Assembly (NCBI GenBank): GCA_031285625.1
Contig: JAITVV010000036.1
Location: forward strand, 1-64,000
Direction of reading: 5' to 3'
DNA: 64,000 bases
From: Prevotella sp.
GTDB taxonomy: Bacteria > Bacteroidota > Bacteroidia > Bacteroidales > Dysgonomonadaceae
This document shows, in pieces, positions 28,030 through 37,183 of the stretch. The notes under the pieces were generated by a model. That model ran no database searches, was not told where the DNA came from, and worked only from the letters and a program-made list of their open reading frames with translations. Positions within the stretch are counted from its first letter, which is position 1; each line of letters begins with the position of its first letter. A program made the translations under genes and the position numbers.

Positions 28030-28728
28030 ATGGTAATCAACGATAAAGATCTGGGTGAAATAAGGCTTGTAGAGAATAAACGGGCCAGGCGTATTATTGT
28101 AAGGCGGAAAGATGATCATCTTCAGCTTACATACCCGCCATCAGTTACTATGTCATATATAGAGAAGACTATTGCAGAAATGAAGCCCAGACTGAAATCT
28201 CTTATTGAAAAGAAACCTGGTCGTATTACATTCTCCCCTGAATCTGAATTTTCTACATTTAGTTTCCGGTTACAGATAACGACAAGTATATCTGCATCAA
28301 ATTTCTACATGAATCTGAAAGACGGAAAGTTAAGCATTTCATGTCCTGCCGATACTGTTTTTGGGGATGTGTCTGTTCAGACATTAATACGTAACTGTAT
28401 AGAAAAGGCTCTTCGCTACGAAGCCAACCGGATTTTTCCGTCCAAAGTAAAAGATTTTGCTCAAGAATATGGCTTTAAATATACAGGAGTAAAAATAAAT
28501 AAAAGTCGTACCCGTTGGGGTAGTTGCTCTTCAAAGAAGAGTATAAACCTTTCATATTATTGCATGCTCCTCCCGGAGTATTTAGCGGACTTTGTTATTC
28601 TTCACGAATTATGCCACACAGTGGAAATGAATCATGGAGAAAAATTCTGGCAGTTGTTGGATAATATTTCAGGAGGTAAATCTAAAGAATTAACCAGCGA
28701 ACTAAAATCATTTAAGACTGTACTATAA
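28030..28728 (+). CDS. YgjP/DUF45 (SprT-like) zinc metallohydrolase
   Basis: RTRWGSCS, VILHELCH (HExxH) and NHGEKFW motifs. Confidence 0.9.
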   Translation: MVINDKDLGEIRLVENKRARRIIVRRKDDHLQLTYPPSVTMSYIEKTIAEMKPRLKSLIEKKPGRITFSPESEFSTFSFRLQITTSISASNFYMNLKDGKLSISCPADTVFGDVSVQTLIRNCIEKALRYEANRIFPSKVKDFAQEYGFKYTGVKINKSRTRWGSCSSKKSINLSYYCMLLPEYLADFVILHELCHTVEMNHGEKFWQLLDNISGGKSKELTSELKSFKTVL

Positions 28729-29211
28729 CTAGTCAAACAGAGAGTCTTTACCAAATCCTACAGGTAGTAAAGACTTAGCACATTCTAATTCGTAAATTTT
28801 ACTTTCACCATATAATATTACCTTCATTGGTCGGTTATATCTGTTTTCTGCTTCCAGCAACACTTGCCTGCATCCACCACATGGGCTGCAAGGGTTTATT
28901 GTAAACTCTCCATCATGACAAGCTGCAATGGCTAGAGCCTCTACTGCTACATCCGGATACTGGGCATTTGCGTGAAAAACGGTAACCCTTTCGGCACACA
29001 ATCCGGAGGGATAGGCGGCATTTTCCTGATTGCTTCCTGTTATAATTTCTCCGTTTGCCAGTAATACAGCAGCACCTACATAAAAGTTAGAATAAGGGGC
29101 ATATGCGCTTTGCGTAGCAATTTTAGCCTCATTTATAAGTTTTTTTATGTTTTCTGTAGCCTCTTCAAAAGAGTAAACAAGTATCTTTGTTGTTAAATTA
29201 AGACTTTCCAT
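28729..29211 (-). CDS. cdd: Cytidine deaminase
   Basis: AYAPYS.F.VGAA, NQENAAYPSGLCAER and PCGGCRQ motifs; start moved to ATG 29211. Confidence 0.95.
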   Translation of the reverse strand: MESLNLTTKILVYSFEEATENIKKLINEAKIATQSAYAPYSNFYVGAAVLLANGEIITGSNQENAAYPSGLCAERVTVFHANAQYPDVAVEALAIAACHDGEFTINPCSPCGGCRQVLLEAENRYNRPMKVILYGESKIYELECAKSLLPVGFGKDSLFD

Positions 29212-29248
29212 ATTAATGGCTGTTAATAAATAATTTATTTTTAAATAT

Positions 29249-30184
29249 ATGAAAAAAGGAAATAGCACAGACGTATCTGCCAGATTAATTATACTTTCTC
29301 TCCTGATTTTCTTATCTACTACAGCCTATTCTCAAGCAAAACGCTACAAAGTATATGACGACTATATCGATACTTACAAAAGTATAGCTATTGATCATAT
29401 GAAAAAATATAAAATACCGGCAAGTATAACATTAGCTCAGGGATTGTTGGAGTCCGGTGCCGGTAAAAGTGCACTAACCAAGAGTTCCAATAATCATTTT
29501 GGGATAAAATGTCACAATGATTGGAAAGGGCAGAAGGTTTATCATGCAGATGATAATCCTAACGATTGCTTTAGGAAGTATAAGAAAGCAGAAGATTCGT
29601 ATGATGACCATTCCCGTTTTTTAGCAGAAAAACCCAGGTATAAGAACCTGTTTTCCCTCAAAATAACAGACTATAGAGGTTGGGCCAGAGGTTTGCAACA
29701 AGCAGGATATGCTACAGATAAGGCTTACGCAAACAAATTAATCAAGCTAATAGAAGACTATGAACTATATCAGCATGATAAAAGAGGCCTGTCAAAAGAG
29801 AAGATAAAAGAGGAAGAAATACGCAAAGAAATAATAAGAGAATATCGTCATACCCCATTCAAGACCCATAATTTGGTTTATGTAATAGCCGAAGATGGTG
29901 ATACATACGAAAATATTGCAGCCGAGTTTGACTTCAAAGTAAAAAACTTATATAAATTCAATGAAGTTCCAGAAGGATTCCCGCTTAAGCAAGGTGATCT
30001 GGTATATTTCGAGAAGAAAAAATCTAAAGCAGACAAACCATACTATGAGCATGAGGTTCAGGTAGGTGAGTCTATGTATAGCATCTCTCAGCTTTATGGA
30101 ATCAAAGTAAAGAATTTATATAAAATGAACAAAAAAGACTTTGAATATGTTCCTGTAGAGGGTGATATCTTAAAATTAAGATAA
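29249..30184 (+). CDS. GH73 glucosaminidase with LysM domains (peptidoglycan hydrolase)
   Basis: ASITLAQGLLESG, NNHFGIKC and GYATD motifs; two LysM-like repeats. Confidence 0.92.
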   Translation: MKKGNSTDVSARLIILSLLIFLSTTAYSQAKRYKVYDDYIDTYKSIAIDHMKKYKIPASITLAQGLLESGAGKSALTKSSNNHFGIKCHNDWKGQKVYHADDNPNDCFRKYKKAEDSYDDHSRFLAEKPRYKNLFSLKITDYRGWARGLQQAGYATDKAYANKLIKLIEDYELYQHDKRGLSKEKIKEEEIRKEIIREYRHTPFKTHNLVYVIAEDGDTYENIAAEFDFKVKNLYKFNEVPEGFPLKQGDLVYFEKKKSKADKPYYEHEVQVGESMYSISQLYGIKVKNLYKMNKKDFEYVPVEGDILKLR

Positions 30185-30215
30185 GCCGAAACATAATATA
30201 CAAAACAAAAAAATA

Positions 30216-31112
30216 ATGATGAAACATTTACTGATTACACTTATCATTGCGAGCTCTTTTTTATCTGTCTTTGCTCAAGATGATGATAAGGACAAATTGG
30301 AAGACGGAAAATGGAATTTAAAAGGCGTTACAGGTTTTAATCTTTCACAAACTTCACTTAGCAACTGGTCGGCCGGAGGTGAAAGTGCTTTTGCCGGAAA
30401 TATCTTTTTGAATGGAAGCCTTACCCGGAAGAGTGGAAACTGGCTATGGTCGAATGCGCTGGCTATAGATTACGGACTAACCAGAACAGAATCGCTTGGT
30501 ACTCAAAAAGTGAGTGATAAACTTGATTTTACTACCCAATTGGGGTATTCCACCAATAATAAATGGTATTATACCATAATGGGAGATTTTAAATCCCAGT
30601 TTTATAAAGGATACAATTATCCGGATAAAGAACATTATATTTCAAAGTTTTTTGCTCCGGCTTACTCTAATATCTCATTAGGTATGGAATATCGTCCGAA
30701 TGAGAACTATTCTGTATATTTTTCACCTGTAGCAGGCAAATTGACATTTGTTCAGGATGATTACCTGTCAGAACAGGGAGCCTTTGGTGTTGATCCGGGA
30801 GATAAATTCAGGGCAGAATTAGGTATGTACCTTAAGGCCCGTGCCCAAAGGAAGATTATGGAAAATGTCGAATTTATTTCTACAGTTGATTTCTTTACTG
30901 CATACGATAAGAAATTTGGAAATATCGATGTAAACTGGGATCTGCTTATCAGTATGAAGATCAATAAATTCTTGTCAGCTTCTATTAATACCACCCTTAA
31001 ATATGATGATGACATCAAGAATGTAAAGACTGTGGATGATGTAGAAGTGAAAAGCGGTCCGAAAGTACAATTTAAAGAAATGCTAGGTATTGGAGTTGCA
31101 TATAACTTCTGA
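30216..31112 (+). CDS. DUF3078-like outer-membrane beta-barrel protein
   Basis: Signal peptide; SQTSLSNWSAGGES, FKSQFYKGY and VQFKEMLGIGVAYNF (terminal Phe). Confidence 0.85.
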   Translation: MMKHLLITLIIASSFLSVFAQDDDKDKLEDGKWNLKGVTGFNLSQTSLSNWSAGGESAFAGNIFLNGSLTRKSGNWLWSNALAIDYGLTRTESLGTQKVSDKLDFTTQLGYSTNNKWYYTIMGDFKSQFYKGYNYPDKEHYISKFFAPAYSNISLGMEYRPNENYSVYFSPVAGKLTFVQDDYLSEQGAFGVDPGDKFRAELGMYLKARAQRKIMENVEFISTVDFFTAYDKKFGNIDVNWDLLISMKINKFLSASINTTLKYDDDIKNVKTVDDVEVKSGPKVQFKEMLGIGVAYNF

Positions 31113-31133
31113 TTAAAATAGTTAATGTATATG

Positions 31134-31167
31134 AAATGGTATTGATCTTTGATCAGTACCATTTTTT
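31134..31167 (+). terminator. Intrinsic terminator
   Basis: AAATGGTATTGATC-TTT-GATCAGTACCATTTTTT. Confidence 0.8.
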
Positions 31168-31327
31168 ATTTGATATATGTTATTGTCCGATTCTTAAAAT
31201 TATACTACTTTTATAGTAGATAAGTAAACGGTAATAATTAATGTCACATTCTAAAATTATAATTACTGATCAGTGTTATACATGGATGGACAATAAATAG
31301 GTCTGAGACCTTATAATTGAAATACAT

Positions 31328-32440
31328 ATGGAAAAGTATCTCTTATTTACTTTATTTACGCTTGTTTCACTAATAATTAGTGCACAAGATAACTCGAAAT
31401 ACCTCAAAGGTGCAGTGCCGGAAGTAAATGGTAAAGTGGTTTTCTCAAAATCAATACCAGTAAAAAATTCTATATCTGACGAGCAACTTTATTCTTTGAT
31501 GGCTAAGTGGGCCAAAGATAGATATACAGAAAAAGGTGACTTGAAAAATAGGGTTTTATTAAGTGACCCTGACACCAAGAGTATAGCTTGTGGGGGAGAG
31601 GAATATCTCGAATTTAAGAGGAGCGCCCTGGTACTGGATAGAGCCAAAATGATTTATCAGCTGATTCTTGAAATAAAGAGTGGGGCATGTGATGTAACTA
31701 TGAGGGGAATAAGATATGATTATTCTGATAGTAAAAAAATGTTGCCAGCCGAAGAAATGATTACAGATGAATATGCGCTGAATAAAAAAGGAGATAAGCT
31801 TAACCGCTATTATGACAAATTCAGAGAACATACAATCGATAGTGTATATAGTATTTTCAAATCGATAGATGTATACCTGAATGGTATAAACACGACAGGA
31901 GCAGCTACAGTGCAGTCGTTACCGGCAAAACAGCAACAGGAAGAAACAACTACATATGCTATGGAACCTGAAAGTGTTCCAGAAATTGCTGTAGCAAATT
32001 CAATGTCTGGTTTCAAAAAAGTGACAGCTGATAAAATACCGGCCAGCATACTGAATAAAGATGCCCTGATAGTGACAGGAACCATTGAGAAACCAGTTGC
32101 CTTTACTGCATCATGGGGTGGTACAACAACACTCCTTGATAAGCTGATGGGATTGACAACTGCTCAACAATCAGGCCAAACTATTGCCAATAGTCAGACA
32201 TATACAATCTCTTTCTATACAGAAATGTATAGTGATGCTATCAAGGAATTGGCTGCAGCCAAAGGTGATGTAAAAGAGATGATGAAAAAAGCAGGACTTA
32301 CTCCTGTCGCTACTCCATCGGGTGCTCCCGTATTGGGTGAGGCATGGATGATAATAGAGTGTAGGAAAGCCGGAGAAATGCCGTTATCGGGTGCGACGAT
32401 AACCGATTTGGGTGAAATTCTTAATGTTTGGGCGAAATAA
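31328..32440 (+). CDS. DUF4468-like secreted protein with a C-terminal flavin-reductase-like remnant
   Basis: KYLKGAVPEVNGKVVF, GEEYLEF and AEEMITDEYAL motifs; C-terminal TASWGG, YTISFY, GLTP and EAWMIIECRK. Confidence 0.75.
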   Translation: MEKYLLFTLFTLVSLIISAQDNSKYLKGAVPEVNGKVVFSKSIPVKNSISDEQLYSLMAKWAKDRYTEKGDLKNRVLLSDPDTKSIACGGEEYLEFKRSALVLDRAKMIYQLILEIKSGACDVTMRGIRYDYSDSKKMLPAEEMITDEYALNKKGDKLNRYYDKFREHTIDSVYSIFKSIDVYLNGINTTGAATVQSLPAKQQQEETTTYAMEPESVPEIAVANSMSGFKKVTADKIPASILNKDALIVTGTIEKPVAFTASWGGTTTLLDKLMGLTTAQQSGQTIANSQTYTISFYTEMYSDAIKELAAAKGDVKEMMKKAGLTPVATPSGAPVLGEAWMIIECRKAGEMPLSGATITDLGEILNVWAK

Positions 32441-32459
32441 AATTAAAAAGTTATTGAAT

Positions 32460-33224
32460 ATGACGAAAAGAATAGCTTTAATTACCGGAGCAACTTCTGG
32501 CTTGGGGAGGGCAATTGCTCTTCGGCTGGCAAAAGACGGATACAATCTTATTATTACAGGCCGTCGCAAAGACCGTTTGGAAGAACTGGATAAAGAGATT
32601 GGGATAAAATATAATTCGACAGTAATTTCATTGTGTCTTGATGTAAGGAACTATGAAGAAGTTGAAAAAGCAATCAACAGCCTTTCCGAAGACTGGAAAA
32701 AAATAGATATTCTCGTTAATAATGCAGGCCTGGCTGTAGGTCTCGATCCTATCCATCAGGGAGTGGTAGACGATTGGGAACGTATGATAGATACTAATGT
32801 GAAAGGATTGCTGTATGTGACCCGTGTGGTTTCTCCGGGTATGGTAGACCGTAAATCGGGGCATATTATCAATATAGGTTCCATTGCAGGTAAAGGAGTA
32901 TATCCGAACGGAGGTGTATATTGTGCCACCAAACATGCTGTTGACGCATTGAGCCAGGGAATGCGTATGGATTTTTTACCTTACAATATAAAGGTGACCC
33001 AGATTTGTCCGGGGGCTGTAGAAACGGAGTTTTCTCTGGTTCGCTTCAAGGGAAATCAAGGTCGTGCCGATCAGGTATATGCAGGATATGAAAATCTGGT
33101 AGCAGACGATATCGCCGAAGCTGTATATTATGCTGTGTCACAGCCTGCACACGTAGATATTCAGGATATGCTGATAATGCCTACAGCACAAGCTACAGGT
33201 AATATGTTTCATAAAGAAGAATAG
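32460..33224 (+). CDS. SDR oxidoreductase (YdfG-like)
   Basis: TGATSGLG, NNAG, YCATK (YxxxK) and PGAVETEF motifs; start at ATG 32460. Confidence 0.93.
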   Translation: MTKRIALITGATSGLGRAIALRLAKDGYNLIITGRRKDRLEELDKEIGIKYNSTVISLCLDVRNYEEVEKAINSLSEDWKKIDILVNNAGLAVGLDPIHQGVVDDWERMIDTNVKGLLYVTRVVSPGMVDRKSGHIINIGSIAGKGVYPNGGVYCATKHAVDALSQGMRMDFLPYNIKVTQICPGAVETEFSLVRFKGNQGRADQVYAGYENLVADDIAEAVYYAVSQPAHVDIQDMLIMPTAQATGNMFHKEE

Positions 33225-33261
33225 TTTTTATTGATTAGTTGGTCAGTTGTGATAAAATAAA

Positions 33262-34302
33262 ATGAGATTATTGCTAGTTCTAATTTTCTGTTTTGTAAGA
33301 GTACATTTTATATTCAGTCAAGAATATAGAGTATCAGATAATTTAAAGCTTGTAAAATTAACGGAAAATACTTTTTTGCATACGGGTCAAAGTAATAATG
33401 GCATTGTTTTTTCTAAAAAAGACGAAGCTATTATTGTATCTACTCCCGAATCGGAAGAAGAAACTCAAAATCTGATCGATTACGTAAATAAGGAACTTAA
33501 ACTTAAAATAATAGGATACATTATAGATAGGTGGCATCCTGATGCTATGGGTGGTCTGAAAGCTGTGCATAGTGCAGGGATAAAAACATATGCGAATGAA
33601 TTAACGCAGAATATTGCACGAGAAAAGGGCTTACCCGTGCCTCAAGTCGGTTTTAAAACTTTACTAAAGCTTCATGTTGGAGGTGAAGATATTATTGCGG
33701 ACTATCTTGAGCCTGCTCATACTGAAGATGGTATTGTCGTGTGGATTCCAAAAGATAGAATCTTATTTGGCGGAAATGAAGTCAGAAATATGGGTGGATG
33801 GTATGGCAATATTGGCGATGCTAATCTCGAAGAATGGTCTGAAACGATCTTCAATGTGAAAGAAAAGTATGGTGATGCAAAGATTGTAATACCTGGACAT
33901 GGTCAGTATGGTGGTGCAGACTTACTGGATTATACCCTGAATCTATACAGGAAGAATAAATGGGGAGCGATATTGAAAAAAGGCAATATAGAGGTAGCAC
34001 CTGTCTTTAATGATTATGGTGATATTTTCGAAATAGCAAAATCTGATTCTATTGTCGAAAATAAAAGATACCTAAAAGATGCCATTGTGTTTGTGAATCA
34101 TAGCCAGAAGTATTTGAAAATTACATCACCGGAAATAGTTCATGATGTAAATGGAAAAGAAGTATATTCGGATATTGGAAGACTTCAATTATACAATCAT
34201 TCGAATGAGTTGATTGATGATTTATATTATAAAAAGCTATGGGTTAATTTAAGGAATGATGAAGTTGAATGGACAATAATTATAACAGAAGCCATAAGAT
34301 AA
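33262..34302 (+). CDS. Metallo-beta-lactamase subclass B1-like protein with altered metal ligands and a C-terminal extension
   Basis: Signal peptide; SNNGIV, DRWHPDAMGG, AHTEDGIVVWIP..RILFGGN and VIPGHG motifs. Confidence 0.8.
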   Translation: MRLLLVLIFCFVRVHFIFSQEYRVSDNLKLVKLTENTFLHTGQSNNGIVFSKKDEAIIVSTPESEEETQNLIDYVNKELKLKIIGYIIDRWHPDAMGGLKAVHSAGIKTYANELTQNIAREKGLPVPQVGFKTLLKLHVGGEDIIADYLEPAHTEDGIVVWIPKDRILFGGNEVRNMGGWYGNIGDANLEEWSETIFNVKEKYGDAKIVIPGHGQYGGADLLDYTLNLYRKNKWGAILKKGNIEVAPVFNDYGDIFEIAKSDSIVENKRYLKDAIVFVNHSQKYLKITSPEIVHDVNGKEVYSDIGRLQLYNHSNELIDDLYYKKLWVNLRNDEVEWTIIITEAIR

Positions 34303-34392
34303 TGCTTTGTTTTTTATTGATATTTTATCTTATACTATAGTAAAATCATTCTACTTACTGAAAAAGTATATAAGTTAAACAAAAATACTTGT

Positions 34393-34400
34393 TACTTTTG
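34393..34400 (+). promoter_or_regulatory. -7 promoter element for trmD
   Basis: TACTTTTG. Confidence 0.55.
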
Positions 34401-34428
34401 TCACCTTCTTAGTTCTAACTTATAAATT

Positions 34429-35112
34429 ATGCGTATAGATATCATAACCGTTTTGCCGGAAATGTTTACCGGTCTTGTTGATTGCTCTATTCTTAAAAGA
34501 GCACAAAATAAGAACTTAGTAGAGATTGTATTGCATAATTTGCGGGATTATACAACAAACAAACATCGTAATGTCGATGACTATCCATTTGGCGGAGAAG
34601 CCGGAATGGTATTACAGATAGAACCGATTGACAATGCTATTTCATCGTTGAAGCTTCAACGTGAGTATGATGAGATAATTTATACTTCACCCGATGGAGA
34701 GGTATTCAATCAGGGAATAGCAAATCAGATGTCCTCCTATCAGAATATCATTATACTTTGTGGGCATTATAAGGGAATTGATTATCGTATAAGGGAGCAC
34801 CTTATCACACGTGAAATTTCCATTGGCGACTATGTGCTTACGGGAGGAGAATTAGCCGCAGCAGTAATGACAGATGCTATAGTACGTCTCATTCCCGGTG
34901 CTATAGGTGATGAGCAGTCTGCGTTATCTGATTCTTTTCAGGATAATTTGCTTGCTCCACCTGTTTATACACGTCCGGCAGAATATAAGGGCTGGCGTGT
35001 ACCCGATATATTATTATCTGGGCATCAGGCCAAGATTGATGACTGGAAATTGCAGCAATCCATGGAACGCACAGAACGTTTGCGCCCCGATCTGTTAGAT
35101 AAGAAAGATTAG
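34429..35112 (+). CDS. trmD: tRNA (guanine37-N1)-methyltransferase
   Basis: [28 protein letters not shown] and LLSGH motifs. Confidence 0.97.
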   Translation: MRIDIITVLPEMFTGLVDCSILKRAQNKNLVEIVLHNLRDYTTNKHRNVDDYPFGGEAGMVLQIEPIDNAISSLKLQREYDEIIYTSPDGEVFNQGIANQMSSYQNIIILCGHYKGIDYRIREHLITREISIGDYVLTGGELAAAVMTDAIVRLIPGAIGDEQSALSDSFQDNLLAPPVYTRPAEYKGWRVPDILLSGHQAKIDDWKLQQSMERTERLRPDLLDKKD

Positions 35113-35927
35113 AAGATAACTCTTACCGAAGCACGTTCTGTTCCGGGTATCCATTTAGGTCCCGATTGTATCAGGCGGATGGCTTCGTTGTCAGAAGTTC
35201 CACAAAGACTGTAAACTACTTCAAACAAGTATGGTTGCCCTTTTTCATCTACAGAGAATTCTACAGCTACCTTCCCCTTCCGGTCTTTACATGAATCATC
35301 AGTTGGACGGCGAAGAGAATTCTTTAAGTAAAGATTGTACTTTTCGTATCCACCTACCGGCTCAGGTTTCCCTTTTTTTATAGCATATGATACATTTGCT
35401 TCATCATTGAAGTTTTCAGGAGCATATACTTCCATAATTTCATCCGGTTTGTCTGATAACACATCCAGATCTTCTTCAATAAATGTATCTGCCTTAGTAT
35501 CTACTCTAAATTTACTAATATTTGGTTTGTATGTTTTAGCTACTTCTGTATTATGCTTGGCTATTACTACGATGTTCTCCACATAATATTCTTCGGGAAC
35601 ATAAACGTTTACAATCGAATTAGCACCCATATCCTGGGCTCGGAGATCGTTTGAATTGTGATATCCAACTACCAGATACCCGGTTATAGCCAGTACCACA
35701 ACAGCACAGGCAGCGATACTCTGCCATATAGGTTGATGTTTTTTGATCGTTTTTGATTTGGCATTTAGTCGTTTCTGTATTTCACTTATACGTTCTATAT
35801 GATTATCGTCTATACTGTCGAAACCTTCAATAGCCTCATACATAAACGGATCTTTCATCGAATCTTTTTCTATCCGATGAGCATCAGAGCCTTTACGTTG
35901 TCCTTTTATGTAATCTAGAAAATTCAT
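35109..35927 (-). CDS. Putative anti-sigma factor with a TM helix and a C-terminal TonB_C domain
   Basis: [21 protein letters not shown] anti-sigma-like N terminus; TM; [28 protein letters not shown]; ATG overlaps the sigma stop codon (ATGA). Confidence 0.75.
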   Translation of the reverse strand: MNFLDYIKGQRKGSDAHRIEKDSMKDPFMYEAIEGFDSIDDNHIERISEIQKRLNAKSKTIKKHQPIWQSIAACAVVVLAITGYLVVGYHNSNDLRAQDMGANSIVNVYVPEEYYVENIVVIAKHNTEVAKTYKPNISKFRVDTKADTFIEEDLDVLSDKPDEIMEVYAPENFNDEANVSYAIKKGKPEPVGGYEKYNLYLKNSLRRPTDDSCKDRKGKVAVEFSVDEKGQPYLFEVVYSLCGTSDNEAIRLIQSGPKWIPGTERASVRVIF

Positions 35928-36547
35928 TCCTTTAGGTTTTTTTCGATACAAATTTTTAAATTTCGTTTTCCGTTTTGTATATAACTTTTTACACTCTTTA
36001 GATGAAATCCTGTTTCATCCACAATTTCTGCATACGATTTGTTATCGTAGAAGAATTTTTCCACCGATACACGCTGAGGTTCCGGAAGGTTTTCCAGACA
36101 TTTATTCAGTGCGTTTTCTTTTTCTTCATCATTATTCTCACCTAATAGATCCAAAACAGTGTCAGATTCCATAAGTTGAGAGTCAAAATTTACAATAATT
36201 TCTCTTTTATTTTCTTTTAAAATGTGAAAACAATGATTTTTAACTACACTGTACAGCCAATTCTTGAAAATCTTAATTTCATAGCCGTGTATTTTCTGAG
36301 AAAGATTTTCAAATATATCAATTACAGCATCTTGCGATTCTTCAGGGTTTTGCAGATATTTGAGGCATAACCCATATATCAGGGGCATATACCGTTCGTA
36401 AAGCTGTTGGAAATGCTCAGCTTCACCTGTCTCTTTATACAATGACAAAAGCTCTTCGTCACTATACTCCTTCTTCTTATTTAAACTAAAAAAACGCAAG
36501 GTTAGATGAATTTTACACAAATCTACAAGAATTTGATTAAACTCCAA
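35924..36547 (-). CDS. ECF RNA polymerase sigma-70 factor
   Basis: SDEELL, LYERY, QDAVIDIF, FKNWLYSVVKNHC and SYAEI..VKSYIQNGKRNLK motifs; the true start may be TTG ~36499. Confidence 0.92.
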   Translation of the reverse strand: MEFNQILVDLCKIHLTLRFFSLNKKKEYSDEELLSLYKETGEAEHFQQLYERYMPLIYGLCLKYLQNPEESQDAVIDIFENLSQKIHGYEIKIFKNWLYSVVKNHCFHILKENKREIIVNFDSQLMESDTVLDLLGENNDEEKENALNKCLENLPEPQRVSVEKFFYDNKSYAEIVDETGFHLKSVKSYIQNGKRNLKICIEKNLKE

Positions 36548-36634
36548 ATAAAACCGGAATTTAACCGTTTTGTCATATATCTCTCCATTCGTTAAAAAAT
36601 GTAATAAAAAATTGTTGGAGTTGGCTATTTTATG

Positions 36635-36642
36635 TATTTTTG
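36635..36642 (+). promoter_or_regulatory. -7 promoter element
   Basis: TATTTTTG upstream of the ATG at 36689. Confidence 0.5.
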
Positions 36643-36688
36643 TAATCGAAATAATAACGAGTTTTTAATTTTTTAATAAGCACCCATT

Positions 36689-36886
36689 ATGAAAGAAAAA
36701 ATTGGATCAAACGCAGGTATTATTTGGACTTATCTTGATGCAGATGGTAGTAAATCATTGAAAGAAATCAAGAAAGCATGCAAATTAACAGAGAAAGACA
36801 TGTATGCCGCTCTCGGTTGGTTAGCAAGAGAAGGTAAAATTGCGTTTAATGAATTGAAAGACGATCTACAGGTCGTTTTGCTGTAA
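36689..36886 (+). CDS. Small winged-helix protein (DUF2582-like)
   Basis: IGSNAGIIW and AALGWLAREGKI motifs; own promoter and terminator. Confidence 0.9.
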   Translation: MKEKIGSNAGIIWTYLDADGSKSLKEIKKACKLTEKDMYAALGWLAREGKIAFNELKDDLQVVLL

Positions 36887-36905
36887 CAAAGCCCAAAATT
36901 ACAAG

Positions 36906-36941
36906 AGAGAGGTACTTATGTCAGTATAAGTGCCTCTTTTT
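36906..36941 (+). terminator. Intrinsic terminator
   Basis: AGAGGTACTTATG-TCAG-TATAAGTGCCTCTTTTT. Confidence 0.8.
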
Positions 36942-37140
36942 CATTTTCATTTTCGCCCGGTAAAAATTATCTATGGAATTGTCTTATAGTAAGATCTTAT
37001 GATATCAATAAATGGCAATAAAAAGTTCGGAGAGATTAAAAGGTTACATTTTATGTATTGGAAAGGTGTTACTTTTGTCACCTTTTGTAGTTGAAAAGTT
37101 AAATTCTGGGCAGGGTATTGTGAACGGTGATTTAAATCTA

Positions 37141-37148
37141 TATATTTG
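37141..37148 (+). promoter_or_regulatory. -7 promoter element for the surface lipoprotein gene
   Basis: TATATTTG; a second candidate TACTTTTG lies at 37070-37077. Confidence 0.5.
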
Positions 37149-37183
37149 CGGCGTTTAATATTTCTTAACATAATAAAAACTAC

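Noticed and set aside
33262-34302. Functional carbapenemase call
   Set aside because: Two canonical zinc ligands are substituted, so activity cannot be inferred
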